64,000 bases of DNA from an uncultured Spirochaetota bacterium (GTDB lineage: Bacteria; Spirochaetota; Brevinematia; Brevinematales; JAOACQ01): NCBI GenBank assembly GCA_963783575.1, contig CAWAOD010000016.1, forward strand, positions 64,001 to 128,000, written 5' to 3'. Every line of letters begins with the position of its first letter. The stretch's first letter is position 1. Shown here one piece after another: positions 1 through 11,880 of the stretch. Made by a program: the position numbers and the translations under genes. The notes beneath the pieces were generated by a model. The model did not search any database. It was not told the origin of the DNA and worked only from the letters and a program-made list of their open reading frames with translations.

Positions 1-1
1 G

Positions 2-148
2 TCAAAAATCAGTTTAAAGGTTACCGGCTGTCAAACGGACACTATGCGGAAATTCAATGGCCGTATTGTTTGGGTGAAAGGCACAGTTTTAAAAGATAGC
101 TTGTGGAGCGGTACTGTCGAAATCACATCAATCCTGTCAAATCAATAA
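2..148 (+). CDS. 3' end of a hypothetical protein entering from the left edge
   Basis: Open frame from the window edge (SKISLKVTGCQ...SILSNQ) ending in TAA at 146-148. Confidence 0.5.
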   Translation, partial: SKISLKVTGCQTDTMRKFNGRIVWVKGTVLKDSLWSGTVEITSILSNQ

Positions 149-288
149 CGTAAGCTATACCTATCGCAATGTTGCGTTCGCAAATTTTGTTTTTCTTTAT
201 CCAAATAAATTGTACTTATATATTGAAATAATATTGTTTAGTATTTACTTTTAATTAATAGTTGAATTTAAAGTAAGAAGGTTTTTTT

Positions 289-2582
289 ATGAATGGAGAA
301 GAAAAGGCAAATAAAGAGCTTCTTGCCGAATTAGAGGGTTGCCGGGAAAAACCCAAGAATTCCAAGGGTAATCAGGCTGATGATAGAGAAAAAAAATTGC
401 TTGAAAGATTAAATCTTGCCTCGCGCGCGGCCCGACTGGGAATCTGGGACTGGGATATTCAAAAAAACGAACTTACCTGGGATGACCGGATGTATGAACT
501 TTATGGGATAAGGAAGGAGAATTTTTCCGGTGCATATGAGGCCTGGCTGGCCGGCATCCATCCTGATGACCGCACACGAAGCGATGAGATTTCCGAACAG
601 GCCCGGCGTGGAGAAAAGGAATACGATACCGAGTTCCGGGTCATCTGGCCGGACGGGTCTGTTCATGTGCTGAAGGCGTATGGCGAGATAGTACGCGATT
701 CGAATGGAAACCCGGTAAGGATGACCGGTATTAATTATGATATTACCGAGCAGAAAAAGATAGAATTCGACAGATATATTAAAAAGAGGGCTATCGAATC
801 CTCTATAAACGCTAAGTTAATCGCTGGTATTGACTGGTGCCTGACTTATGTCAATAAGGCCTTTCTTGATTTATGGGGATATTCCGGCAGGGATGAGGTT
901 CTGAACAGGCCTGTCGGGGACTTTTGGGAAAATCCTTCCGAAGCCTCCGGGGTAATAGGGAAACTGATGATTGAGGGCCATATCCTATCGGAAATGACGG
1001 CGCGGCGTAAGAACGGGTCCATTTTTATCGCACATTTCAGCGCCAATCTTGTAAAGGATGAAGCCGGCAATGTTATCTGCATACTGGGTTCGTTTATTGA
1101 CATTACCGAACAAAGGGAAGCGGAAGAGGCTTTACAGGAAAGTGAGAAGTATTACCGCGGTTTATTTGAGAATATGACCGAAGGATTCGCGTACTGCCGG
1201 ATGATATTTGAAGAAGGACGCCCGGTGGACTGGATTTATCTTATAGTTAACGATTCGTTTGAATCCCAGACTGGTTTGAAGAGTATTCAGGCTAAAAGGG
1301 CTACAGAAGCAATTCCGGGCATCAGGGAATCCGATCTGGAATTATTTGAGATTTACTCCCGTGTTTCACTGACCGGCAAATCTGAAAAGTTTGAAAGGTA
1401 TGTTAATTCATTAAATATGTGGTTTTCTGTTTCGGTATACAGCCCGAAAAAGGAATACTTTGTTGCTGTTTTTGATGTAATAACTGAAAGGAAAATTAAA
1501 GAAGAAAGGGAAAAATACTGGCTCTTTTCCCCAATTGAATCCTAATCCTATCCTGAAGTCCGGCCAGATTTGGCAATTACCTTTTCTAACGACGGACTGC
1601 AGAAGGCCCTGGAAATACGGTAGAAAAGACGCGGGAAAATTCTTCCCCGCCGACATTGATGAAATCCTTAAGGCCGGAGAAAATAACACAGCCGAATTTT
1701 ACAGGGAAGTCGAGGCCCGGGGCCGGGTTTTCAGCGAGAAATATAGACAGTGTTCCGGGATCGGGAAATATACGTATTTACGCTAATGACATAACGGAAC
1801 GTAAGTGTGCGGAACAAGGTTTAATTGAAATGAACCGTAACCTAAAAATGATGGTTGAGGAAAAAGTGGCGGAGAATATGCAGAAGGACCAGATTGTCCA
1901 TGTCGAGTTCCGCCTGGCGGCAATGGGAGAAATGATAGGCAATATCGCTCATCAGTGGCGCCAGCCGCTTAATGCCCTGGGACTGATTATTCAGAATATT
2001 CGGCTGTATCATAAAAGCGGAAAGCTGGACGAACAAATGATTAAAGAATTTGAGAAAAAGTGTATGGATATGATCCTGCATATGTCGAGGACGATCGATG
2101 ACTTCAGGGACTTTTTTAAGCCGGATAAGGAAAAGAAAGCATTTAATTTGAGGGAGATAGCTGAAAGAACGCTTTCCATCATTGAAGCCGTTTATAAAGA
2201 CAACGGCGTTAGTTTAACTCTGAATGTTAAGGAAGATTTGAAGGCTTTCGGATACCCGAATGAGTATGCCCAGGTACTGTTGAATATATTGAATAATGCG
2301 CGGCAGATAATTCAGGAAAGGCAGGTTCAAAACCCCTTTGTCAGAATCGAAATATTCAGCGAGGGCGGAAGGTCTGTTATAGCCATCTGTGATAACGGCG
2401 GGGGTATTAAAGAAGAAAATATAAATAAAGTTTTTGAGCCTTATTATTCAACAAGGCCTTCGGGTACAGGGATCGGCCTTTATATGTCAAAAATCATTAT
2501 AGAAAAAAATATGGGCGGCAGGCTTTCCGTCAGCAACAAAGAAAACGGCGCCGAATTCAGGATTGAAGTACCGGGGGAATAA
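289..2582 (+). pseudogene. Multi-PAS sensor histidine kinase split by frameshifts (ORFs 289-1545, 1535-1786, 1656-2582)
   Basis: PAS/PAC motifs (GIWDWD, RMTGINYDITEQK); LALFP..NPNPIL motif broken across frames near 1515-1560; H-box IAHQWRQPL and G-boxes DNGGGI/GTGIGL in the last ORF. Confidence 0.75.
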
Positions 2583-2693
2583 TAAAAATTCGGGGGCTTT
2601 TATGAAAAGGGAAGGAAGAACCAAAAAGGAACTGCTCGCGGAATTGAGTCTGTGCAGGGAAAAACTGGAACTGGCTGGAAAGGCTTCTGAGGC

Positions 2694-3053
2694 GTGTCAA
2701 CAGGCGGTACGGTTGCCCTGACAAAGATCATCAATCAATTTCCGGCTAATATGCCCGGAACTGTAATAGTCCAGCATATGCCGCCCGTATTTACAAGGAT
2801 GTTCGCCGACTCGCTGAATAAAACATCGAAGGTGGAAGTTAAGGAAGTTGAGGACGGCGACAGGATAATTACCGGAAGGGTTTTTATAGCCCCCGGCGAT
2901 TTTCAAATGACCGTCTTCCGCTCAGGCGGGCAATATATAGTTCAATGCAGAAAAGGTGAAAAGGTAAACGGCCATTGTCCTTCGGTTGACGTAATGTTTT
3001 ATTCAATTGCTGAAAGTACAGGAATGAACGCTATCGGCGTATTATTGACCTGA
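2694..3053 (+). pseudogene. cheB: Fragment of CheB methylesterase catalytic domain
   Basis: STGG, IVQHMP and HCPSVDVMF motifs; stops at GVLLT just before the GMG.DG motif; no receiver domain. Confidence 0.8.
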
Positions 3054-3204
3054 CAAAAAAGAATGCCGTTCTGGAACAGACACAGGCGGAACTGCTTAAA
3101 TTCCAGGAAGAACTGAAAGAAAAGAAGAACTGCTCATTGAAGATAACATCGAACATAAAAAGACGGAAGCGGCTTTATATAAGAGTGAAGAACACAGCTA
3201 TCGT

Positions 3205-5267
3205 TTGCTTGAAAGCGGGAATGACGCCATTTATATTCACGAAATTAAAGAAAACGGATTACCTGAGAAATTCAGCTTTGTAAATAAAATGGCATGCGTG
3301 ATGCTGGGCTATACCTGTGAAGAGTTTCTGAAAATGACTCCTGCCGATATTAACGCGCCGGAAAATGTAATCAAATTAAGATTAAAATGTCTGAGCTGAT
3401 TTCTAACGGGCATCATATTTTCGAATCGGTACAGGTCACAAAGGACGGCCGCCGGATTTCCGTTGAAATAAACGGCCATTGTTTCTCTCTTGACGGGCAT
3501 ATGACTATCATGGCGATAGCCAGAGATATCACCGAACGTAAACAATTGGAAATATACGGAGAAATGAACCGGGAAATTCTGCAGATATTAAACGAACCAG
3601 GGGATCTTCAGAATTCAATCCAGCGAGTACTCAATGCACTTAAGGACCGGACAGAATTTGACGCTATCGGCATACGCCTTCAAAATGGGGAAGATTTCCC
3701 GTATTTCATTCAGAAAGTCTTCCCGGAGGATTTTCTTCTTACGGAAAACACTCTTATTGAGCGTACCGCGGGCGGGGGTGTATGCCGTGACAAAAACGGA
3801 AATATCAGCCTGGAATGTATGTGCGGTCTTGTTATTTCCGGCAGAACCGATCCGGCCAATAAGCTCTTTACCCCCGGGGGCAGCTTTTGGACAAATGATT
3901 CATACCCGTTTCTGGATATTCCACCCGGCTATGATCCCCGGCATAATCCCCGCAACAATTGTATACATAAAGGATTTGCCTCAATTGCCCTGGTACCGGT
4001 ACAAAATAAAGATAGGATTGTTGGTCTTATACAGTTGAACGACCAGCGCAAAGGATGTTTCACCTTCGATACTATTGAACGCCTTGAAAGTATTGCTTCA
4101 CACATTGGAGAAGCGTTAATGCGCAAACAGGCCGAAACCGAACTTCTGGAAGCAACAGCTAAAGCAAATGAAATGGCAAGGCAGGCTGAAGTTGCGAATA
4201 TGTCGAAAAGCGATTTCCTTGCCAATATGAGTCACGAAATCCGCACGCCTATGAACAGCATTATCGGCATGACCGGCTTGCTTCTGGATACCGAACTTTC
4301 ATCGGATCAGCACTACTATGCTGAAATTGTACGCTTAAGCAGCCAATCCCTGCTGGAAATTATCAATGATATTCTCGACTTCTCAAAGATAGAGGCAGGC
4401 AAGCTGATGTTGGAAATATTAGACTTTGACCTCTATGTCTTGCTAGATGATTTTACCGGGCAATTTTCAGTAAGCTTCAATGAAAAAGGTATTGAATTCA
4501 TCAACTCCATTTATCCTGACGTTCCGGCAGGTCTTTGCGGTGATCCCGGAAGACTTCGCCAGATTCTTACCAATCTGGTGGGAAATGCTTTGAAATTTAC
4601 AAATGAAGGCGAAATTACATTGAAAGTAAACCTGGTTTCGGCGGATGAAAACAAAGCGTTTATTCGTTTTTCCGTCAGGGATACTGGAATCGGAATCTCT
4701 CAGGAAAATCTCGATAAAATATTCCAGAAGTTCACCCAGGAAGACTACACGATAATGCGCAGGTATGGGGGAACTGGCTTGGGACTGGCCATTTCAAAAC
4801 AATTAACCGGAATGATGGGTGGAGAAATTGGGGTTAACAGCGAAAAAGGAAAGGGTTCGGAATTCTGGTTTACGGCGGAATTTGCTAAACAGTCCGGGCA
4901 GGATAGTCATTTTATACCGCCTGTGGAAATCTGTGATGCCCGCATTCTTGTGGTAGATGATAATTCAACAAATCGTGAACTTCTCAGGATGTATCAGTGT
5001 GTGGCTCAGGGTATCCTGATAAAAATGGGCCTGAGGACAGATACCGTGGCTAACGGCGAAGAGGCGGTCAATGCCCTCAAAACAATTCCCTACGACCTTG
5101 TCCTGATGGATATACAGATGCCGGAGATGGACGGATTGGAGGCTCTCAATATTATCAGAACCATGGAATTTGACAAAGGTATCTTTTCCGCCGAAGGGCC
5201 GAAAATAGTTATGATTACGGTATTAAAAGATATGAAGATTATCTATACCGCTGGCTTGATTAAATGA
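3205..5267 (+). pseudogene. PAS-GAF hybrid histidine kinase, frameshifted near 3390, with a collapsed/truncated receiver region
   Basis: PAS split between ORFs 3205-3399 and 3387-5267; [39 protein letters not shown] motif [14 protein letters not shown] but truncated C-terminus. Confidence 0.7.
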
Positions 5268-5394
5268 ATTGAAATAAATTTTTTTCACCGCTCCTGCTAT
5301 CCCTACCGTAAATCTTCAGTATAAAATTTTGATTTAGCTGAATACTTTACCGATAATACGAAAAGAATTAATGCTTTAAGAGGCATACTGTTTT

Positions 5395-5985
5395 ATGGGT
5401 GTCAAAAATTTTCTTGATGTTGTCGATGTAATTGAATGGCATAAGTGGCTTGAGACAAATCATAATAAAGAAAGGGAAATCTGGCTGATTTTTTACAAAA
5501 AGCAAAGCGGTTCACTCCTGAGTCAATCACATAATTTATCCTATGAAGAAAGCATTGAAGAAGCTTTGTGTTTCGGCTGGATTGACAGCGTTGTGATGAA
5601 AATTGATGATATTAAGTACGCAAGGAAATTTACGCCTCGTATCAATAGTTTTAAATGGTCTGATTCAAATATCAATAGAGTCAGAAAGCTAATAAATGAA
5701 GGCAGGATGAGGGAAGCCGGCCTTTCAACAATCCCTGTTGATATTTTAGATGATAAATTCAAAACAGTCGTAAAGACCGGCGAAACTGAAGAAATTCCTG
5801 GTTTTATCATGGAATCTCTCGAAAAAAATAAAGAAGCCGGTATTTTTTTTAAAAGTCTTGCTCCATCATACCGGAAGCTTTATATTAAATGGATTATGAG
5901 CGCAAAAAGACAGGAAACCCGTGAGAGAAGATTATTTGAAGCGGTTGAACTTTTAAGCAGGGGAGAAAAACTAGGTTTAAAATAA
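5395..5985 (+). CDS. YdeI/OmpD-associated (OmdA) family protein
   Basis: EEALCFGWIDS, FTPR...WS..N, WIMSAKRQETRERR motifs. Confidence 0.85.
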   Translation: MGVKNFLDVVDVIEWHKWLETNHNKEREIWLIFYKKQSGSLLSQSHNLSYEESIEEALCFGWIDSVVMKIDDIKYARKFTPRINSFKWSDSNINRVRKLINEGRMREAGLSTIPVDILDDKFKTVVKTGETEEIPGFIMESLEKNKEAGIFFKSLAPSYRKLYIKWIMSAKRQETRERRLFEAVELLSRGEKLGLK

Positions 5986-6156
5986 CTACATAATTGATTA
6001 TTCCACAAATCTTAATTAAAATATCATTCAACATTATTTAAGTTCAGAATTTTGGTTTTTAATCGAATTTAATCGGATCAATCCGAACCAAAAGAAATAA
6101 TATGGACAATTCATAATAAATTGAAGCTTTTTTTTTTCAATTTCAGGAAAGTTAAG

Positions 6157-7419
6157 ATGCAGTTGAAAAGAGTGGTTGTAACAGGCCTGGGCGCTCTGAC
6201 TCCGATTGGAAACAACACGGAGGACTTCTGGAAAGGTCTTTTATCAGGTAAGAGCGGAGCCGGTAAAATAAAAAGGTTTGACGCATCAGCATTCAGGACG
6301 AAATTTGCTTGTGAGCTGAAGGGTTATGATCCGCTGAATTATTTTGATAAAAAAGAAGCCCATAAAATGGATTATTTCAGCCAATATGCATTGTTGGCTG
6401 TTAACGAAAGCGTAAAAGACGCCGGCATTCGCCGAGAAAATTCGGACTTCAGCCGGGTCGGTGTTATCTGGGGGACAAGTGTCGGCGGAATGATAACATT
6501 TCAGGAGGAAATGGAAAAATATATTAGAGGAAACAAAAAACCCCGCTTCAGCCCATTTTTTATTTCAAAAATTATTCCGAATATTGTTTCGGGTTTAATC
6601 GCAATACGTCAGGGTTTTGGCGGTGTAAATTTCGTGACTGCATCCGCTTGTGCGTCTTCAGCAAATGCAATACTTGACGCTTTCAATTATATACGCCTGG
6701 GAAAAGCCGATATCATTATTACCGGAGGATCAGATGCCGCCGTAGCAGAGATTACTCTTGGCGGGTTTAATGCGATTCAGGCACTTTCCCAGAGAAACGA
6801 TTCGCCGGAAACAGCGTCAAGGCCTTTCGATAAGGACAGGGATGGTTTTGTCCTCGGTGAAGGAGCAGGCGCGCTTGCCCTTGAAGAGATGGATCATGCG
6901 CGAGGCCGCAACGTTAAAATTTATGCAGAGTTATCGGGAGGAGGATTGTCATGCGATGCTTACCATTTCACGGCTCCCCATCCTCAAGGTAACGGAGCGG
7001 AATCGGCGATGCGGTTTGCCCTTGAAGATTCGGGCATTTTACCGGCAGACATAGATTATCTTAATGCGCATGCCACATCAACTATTATCGGAGATATAAG
7101 CGAAGCAAGGGCAATAAGCCATGTTTTCAAAAACTGCCTGAATAGCCTCAACATAAGCGCGACAAAATCAATGACAGGGCATCTTCTGGGCGCTTCGGGC
7201 GGGATCGAAGCGATCGCTTGTGTAAAGGCTGTTGAGGAGGATCGGATACCGCCGACAATCAATTGCAAGGAAATCGGCCCTGAAATAAATCCGGATTTGA
7301 ATTTGACTTTCAATAAAAGCATAAATAAGACTATAAATTTTGCAATGAGCAATAATTTCGGTTTCGGCGGCCATAATGCCGTTATTGTATTTAAAAAATG
7401 GGATGAAAAAGATTATTAA
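6157..7419 (+). CDS. fabF: Beta-ketoacyl-ACP synthase II
   Basis: KRVVVTGLG, SACAS, NAHATST, KSMTGHLLGA, SNNFGFGGHN. Confidence 0.95.
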   Translation: MQLKRVVVTGLGALTPIGNNTEDFWKGLLSGKSGAGKIKRFDASAFRTKFACELKGYDPLNYFDKKEAHKMDYFSQYALLAVNESVKDAGIRRENSDFSRVGVIWGTSVGGMITFQEEMEKYIRGNKKPRFSPFFISKIIPNIVSGLIAIRQGFGGVNFVTASACASSANAILDAFNYIRLGKADIIITGGSDAAVAEITLGGFNAIQALSQRNDSPETASRPFDKDRDGFVLGEGAGALALEEMDHARGRNVKIYAELSGGGLSCDAYHFTAPHPQGNGAESAMRFALEDSGILPADIDYLNAHATSTIIGDISEARAISHVFKNCLNSLNISATKSMTGHLLGASGGIEAIACVKAVEEDRIPPTINCKEIGPEINPDLNLTFNKSINKTINFAMSNNFGFGGHNAVIVFKKWDEKDY

Positions 7420-7421
7420 AG

Positions 7422-8354
7422 TTAAATATCATCTTTTGACAGATTTTCCATTACTTCGCTTAATAACGGTATGGAATTTCTAGCCCCGTATTTTACAGTT
7501 GATAATGCCGCTGCCATGGTTCCAAGTTTTAAACTGAATGGCAGATCGTAACCCTTAATAAGCCCGTATGTAAAAGCCCCATGAAAAATATCGCCTGCCC
7601 CGGTTGTATCCAAAATGTTTTTTGCAGATGTGACCTTAAAGGGGGAATATGCTTTCATTTCACAGTATATTCCGTTATTATCATAAAATAACCCCCTTTC
7701 TCCAATTGTTACTATTATATTATTTTTATTCACAAATTTCAGGCGTTTCAGACATTTTTTCCTGTTTTCCCTCAGATTAAGATCATCAATCTCTGTAATT
7801 TGTTTGGCGAATTTTTCGGAAGCCGCAAGATAATCGACCCTCCCGCATAGAAGTTTTGTGCCTTCCCTTAAAGAACCTGCATCCAGGACAGTTTTTGCTT
7901 CCGGGAAAATTTCAATCGCTTTCAAAGAAGCTTCGGGTTCATGTCCGTCAAAATATAGAAACCGCGGATAAAAATGCTCTAATTTCCCGCGTCTAATATC
8001 AAGGAATTGACCCTGATTTTTTATATTTATAAGGGTGCGGCTGCCGTTTTCTTTATTGACCAGAATAATTGAATAAGGTGTCCTTCCGTTTTTTTTTATC
8101 CGGCATAGGGATGTGTCGATTCCGATTTGTTTAAATTCATTCAGAATTAATTTTCCGTAATGATCTCCGCCGATAATTCCCGCATATGCACATTTAAGCC
8201 CCCATCCGGCCATTAAATTAACTGCGTTAGCGGCCGGACCCCCGCCGGATTCGAAAGATTCATAAGTCTCAATTTTAGAATCCTCATCAGGAAATGAATC
8301 GAGCGGAATGGTTAAATCATATGATGAATTGCCGATTGATAAGATATCAAACAT
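7422..8354 (-). CDS. PfkB family carbohydrate kinase
   Basis: GGGPAANA and DTTGAGDIFHG signatures. Confidence 0.9.
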   Translation of the reverse strand: MFDILSIGNSSYDLTIPLDSFPDEDSKIETYESFESGGGPAANAVNLMAGWGLKCAYAGIIGGDHYGKLILNEFKQIGIDTSLCRIKKNGRTPYSIILVNKENGSRTLINIKNQGQFLDIRRGKLEHFYPRFLYFDGHEPEASLKAIEIFPEAKTVLDAGSLREGTKLLCGRVDYLAASEKFAKQITEIDDLNLRENRKKCLKRLKFVNKNNIIVTIGERGLFYDNNGIYCEMKAYSPFKVTSAKNILDTTGAGDIFHGAFTYGLIKGYDLPFSLKLGTMAAALSTVKYGARNSIPLLSEVMENLSKDDI

Positions 8355-8613
8355 AGGCCTTCCTCTAAAAAGCCCCTCACTCAGGGCAGGCTGCCTGACT
8401 ATTATAAAATGATCGATAATATATGTCTATATTGAAATTATAATTTATAATAAAATTTTGATGCATCATCATGCCGCGGTTTTTTTTGCATATTCTGAAT
8501 TTATTTGATATTATATTCAGGAATAAATTGAGACTACTTTCAGGAATTCTGAATGCTTCTTGCAGTGAATGGATTTATTTCTTAATCATTTAATAAAAAG
8601 CGCGGGGATCTTT

Positions 8614-8994
8614 ATGAAAAATATTTATTTGAAGGCTTATTCTCTTTTGGAGCTTCTAATTTATCTTACAATTATCGGCATACTTATGTCAATCGGGCTC
8701 GTTACTTATAACCGCATACAGGAAACGGCCATGAAGAAATCGATGCAGATAGAGATGAAGCAATATCCGATAGCCGTTTACAATTATAAAGTTGACAAAG
8801 GGACAATTCCGGAAAGCGTTGATCAGTTATTGAATGAAGGTTTCATCACCAAAGAACTGGCGGCCGATCCATGGGGAACAAAGTATAAAATCGAATACAA
8901 TCCCGAAACGCATATATTGAAAATAACCTCGGCTGGGCCGGACAAACAGATGGGAACGGCGGATGATGCAAGTATTGAAGAAAACATTTATTAA
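8614..8994 (+). CDS. GspG-like pilin/pseudopilin
   Basis: Class III signal KA|YSLLELL; C-terminal DPWG...SAGPD..GTADD. Confidence 0.85.
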   Translation: MKNIYLKAYSLLELLIYLTIIGILMSIGLVTYNRIQETAMKKSMQIEMKQYPIAVYNYKVDKGTIPESVDQLLNEGFITKELAADPWGTKYKIEYNPETHILKITSAGPDKQMGTADDASIEENIY

Positions 8995-9448
8995 TTCCAG
9001 GGTTAAGGCTTTTACAATCATTGAAGTCCTCATATCAATGTCGATTGTTTTTATCGCGGTTGTAAGCGTTCTATCGGTTTATTCAAAAGTTTTTACAGCG
9101 ATAGGTTATGATAACGATATTCAAGATGCCGTATCGTTTTCGGAAGGATTCATGACAAAATTATACTTTGCTGAAAATTTAAAGACAGCCCTGCTGGATC
9201 AGGCTGAAATATCGAACCTGATGAAGGGTAAGGTTTTCCCTGTAATTCTTAAGCCTTATAAAACAAATATCTCGGGGAATACCGGTATAATAATCAATAA
9301 AAGGATAAGAAGACTTGACCCTCTTCTGGCCGATATAGGCATTGAAGCGATTATCCAGGAAAAAGCCGGAAGTAAATTGAGGAATTACTATGTTGAAAGC
9401 ACTTTTTCGGAAAATTATCTTGAAAATATAAAAGGCGCAAATCAGTGA
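8963..9448 (+). CDS. Minor pilin/pseudopilin with N-terminal methylation motif
   Basis: KA|FTIIEVL followed by a hydrophobic helix. Confidence 0.8.
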   Translation: MMQVLKKTFINSRVKAFTIIEVLISMSIVFIAVVSVLSVYSKVFTAIGYDNDIQDAVSFSEGFMTKLYFAENLKTALLDQAEISNLMKGKVFPVILKPYKTNISGNTGIIINKRIRRLDPLLADIGIEAIIQEKAGSKLRNYYVESTFSENYLENIKGANQ

Positions 9449-9930
9449 TAAAGATAAAAGCGTTTTCATTAATAGAAATGCTTGTGACGCTTGTGATTTT
9501 CTCAATCTGTATTCTCGCAGTTTATGGCGTTATGGAAGCGAATTTAAGGCTGATTAATAAACTCTATTCAAGCGGTGCAAATGAAACGCAGGCAATTATT
9601 CTGTCAAAAAATATCGAAAATATTGTTAAAAACTCCGCTGCTATTGAAGAAAATGGAAAAGGGGAAATAATCCTGCATTCCTTTAATAATTCGGATTATT
9701 TTATAAACATTAGCGGAAATAATTGTCTGATACAGGAAAAGAGGAAAAATATTCTCTGGTATGAAAAAGATTATAGATTTGATGATGCCGGGGAATTAAG
9801 CGTTGAAATTCTTCAAAAAGGCAAAATTTACGCTTTGAGACTGAAAATAAAATTGAACGAAATGAATATTGACAGGACAATTCTTGCCGGTTCGATTAGA
9901 AACAGGGGAAACTATGAAAAAGGAACCTAG
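9445..9930 (+). CDS. Minor pilin/pseudopilin with N-terminal methylation motif
   Basis: KA|FSLIEML followed by a hydrophobic helix. Confidence 0.8.
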   Translation: MIKIKAFSLIEMLVTLVIFSICILAVYGVMEANLRLINKLYSSGANETQAIILSKNIENIVKNSAAIEENGKGEIILHSFNNSDYFINISGNNCLIQEKRKNILWYEKDYRFDDAGELSVEILQKGKIYALRLKIKLNEMNIDRTILAGSIRNRGNYEKGT

Positions 9931-11380
9931 GGAAATACCGGTTTTTTTAGCCCGGGCCCTGACATATTTTGGGCTATGGAAAACTGTTGTTGATATCGGA
10001 AGCAATGAAATCAGGATTCTAAGCTGTGTGAAATTTCTGGACAAGTTGTTTTTTTTAAGAACGGACAAAATTCAATATTCCAATAAAGAAGAGCTGGAAA
10101 ATTGCATTACCGGGCTATCAGCGTCCCTTAACGGTAGCATACAGATAACTCTTTCAACGGCTTCAGTCAATACGTTCTTTTTAATCTACCCGGGAATTAC
10201 ATCCGACAGATTAAAATCTTTAATTGTTATGGATCTGGAAAAAAGGCTGCCGGTACCCCTTGAAAGGGTTTATTATAATTTTAAGGTTGTTCCGTTTTCA
10301 TCGGTCAATAACGGTAATTCATGGAATGTAATTACAATAGCAGCGAAAAAAGAAGAAATCGATCAATATACCGCTTTATTCAAACGGCTGAACCTGCGGG
10401 TCGAATCAGTATATTATCTGCCTGTAAATATTATTAAAACATTCTGTAAAATCAAACAAAATCTCAAAGGTTACATTGTTATTTCCGAAAGTTTGATTGA
10501 AATATATATCCTTAAAGATATAGTATTAATCAATTACCTGGGTTTATCCGGCCGCTATTCCGAAAACAACCGTCCGGCTCAAAAAAATATAATGGAATTC
10601 TTCTCTTCAATGATAAAGCAGAATATTATCCCGGATGAAATTGTAATAGTGAATAAAACCGATATTGACGCCGGTTCATTGAGTAAATATTTATCCGGCG
10701 CTTTGAATATTAAAATTATAAACGCAGGCGGGGAGAATTTTCAAAATTTTATAAACCGGACACGCACTGGTATAAATTATTATGATATGCTTGGTTTTGT
10801 CTTTAAAAGAGATCATTCAACGGAAATTGCCCCGATGAATATGAGAGTGAATAGAATAATTCAGTCGGTTATAAAATACGCTGTAATATCACTGATATTG
10901 CTTGATATCGCAGCATTATTAATTTTTTCGGCGATTTTACCTGCCGAAAAAGAATATGATTTGATCCGAAAGGCTAGAAACCCGTCGGCGCTGACATCAC
11001 AGGATGATAAAATACGGAACCTGGCGCTTAAGATTAAGAATATTGACGATCTTCACAGATACCAGTTAAAAATTGCTGAATTACAGAAAAAAATCAAAAT
11101 AATCAAAAGCACGGGAATGGAATCTTCAAGGATAAAAATCGTGCTCGCCGAAATAGCAAGACTTATTCCGGACAGCGTATGGCTTGTTAACCTGAATATT
11201 ATCAATCAAAAAGGCGATATGGAAGGATATTCTATCGCCAGCGAGGGACTGGAGGAATTTGTAAGCTCTTTAACCGGTTCAAAAATATTTGACAATGTCG
11301 TATTGAAAAAAGCGGAGCTTGCAAAAGGACAGAGTGAAGTCGCTGTAAAATTTGAAATTTCTTTCGGAGCCCGGAAATGA
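9914..11380 (+). CDS. PilM-like/PilN-domain fusion (GspL-like architecture)
   Basis: N-terminal VDIGSNEIR actin-like motif, one TM helix, C-terminal IARLIPDSVWL PilN-type motif. Confidence 0.7.
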   Translation: MKKEPREIPVFLARALTYFGLWKTVVDIGSNEIRILSCVKFLDKLFFLRTDKIQYSNKEELENCITGLSASLNGSIQITLSTASVNTFFLIYPGITSDRLKSLIVMDLEKRLPVPLERVYYNFKVVPFSSVNNGNSWNVITIAAKKEEIDQYTALFKRLNLRVESVYYLPVNIIKTFCKIKQNLKGYIVISESLIEIYILKDIVLINYLGLSGRYSENNRPAQKNIMEFFSSMIKQNIIPDEIVIVNKTDIDAGSLSKYLSGALNIKIINAGGENFQNFINRTRTGINYYDMLGFVFKRDHSTEIAPMNMRVNRIIQSVIKYAVISLILLDIAALLIFSAILPAEKEYDLIRKARNPSALTSQDDKIRNLALKIKNIDDLHRYQLKIAELQKKIKIIKSTGMESSRIKIVLAEIARLIPDSVWLVNLNIINQKGDMEGYSIASEGLEEFVSSLTGSKIFDNVVLKKAELAKGQSEVAVKFEISFGARK

Positions 11381-11877
11381 AGCGGAATGTTTTAGCTTTT
11401 ATATTTATTGTAATGTCGATTATCTGGCTCTCTTTTTTTATTGTATATTTTATAGGCTATATTAATAATTCAAATGTAACTTCCTCAATTAGGGAGTCTG
11501 AAAAGAACCTTGAAAATTTGAATTTTTATAAAAAGAACTCCGAAGCGCTGGAAATGGAATATGAGAGTATCAGTCTCCAGACTTTTTCATCAAAATCCAC
11601 GTCTGAATTTATTGCTCAACTTCCGAAGCTTGGTGAATTTTCCGGTATCGGGGAGATGCAGATTGAAAATACCGATGTGAAAAAGGAAAAGGATTATGAG
11701 ATAACGGAACTGAAAATCACAGTCAATTCTTCATTTCCGAATATCGCTAATTTTATTGATATACTTGAACGTTCAAAACTTCCGATTAGGGTCGCAAGCC
11801 TGCGGATGGCATTTGACAAGAAAAAGCTGTATACGGAGATGTCTATAAAGATATATAAAAAAGTTATTGAGGATTGA
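11377..11877 (+). CDS. PilO/GspM-like protein
   Basis: N-terminal TM, coiled coil, SFPNIANFIDILE motif; follows the PilN-like gene. Confidence 0.6.
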   Translation: MKRNVLAFIFIVMSIIWLSFFIVYFIGYINNSNVTSSIRESEKNLENLNFYKKNSEALEMEYESISLQTFSSKSTSEFIAQLPKLGEFSGIGEMQIENTDVKKEKDYEITELKITVNSSFPNIANFIDILERSKLPIRVASLRMAFDKKKLYTEMSIKIYKKVIED

Positions 11878-11880
11878 TGG

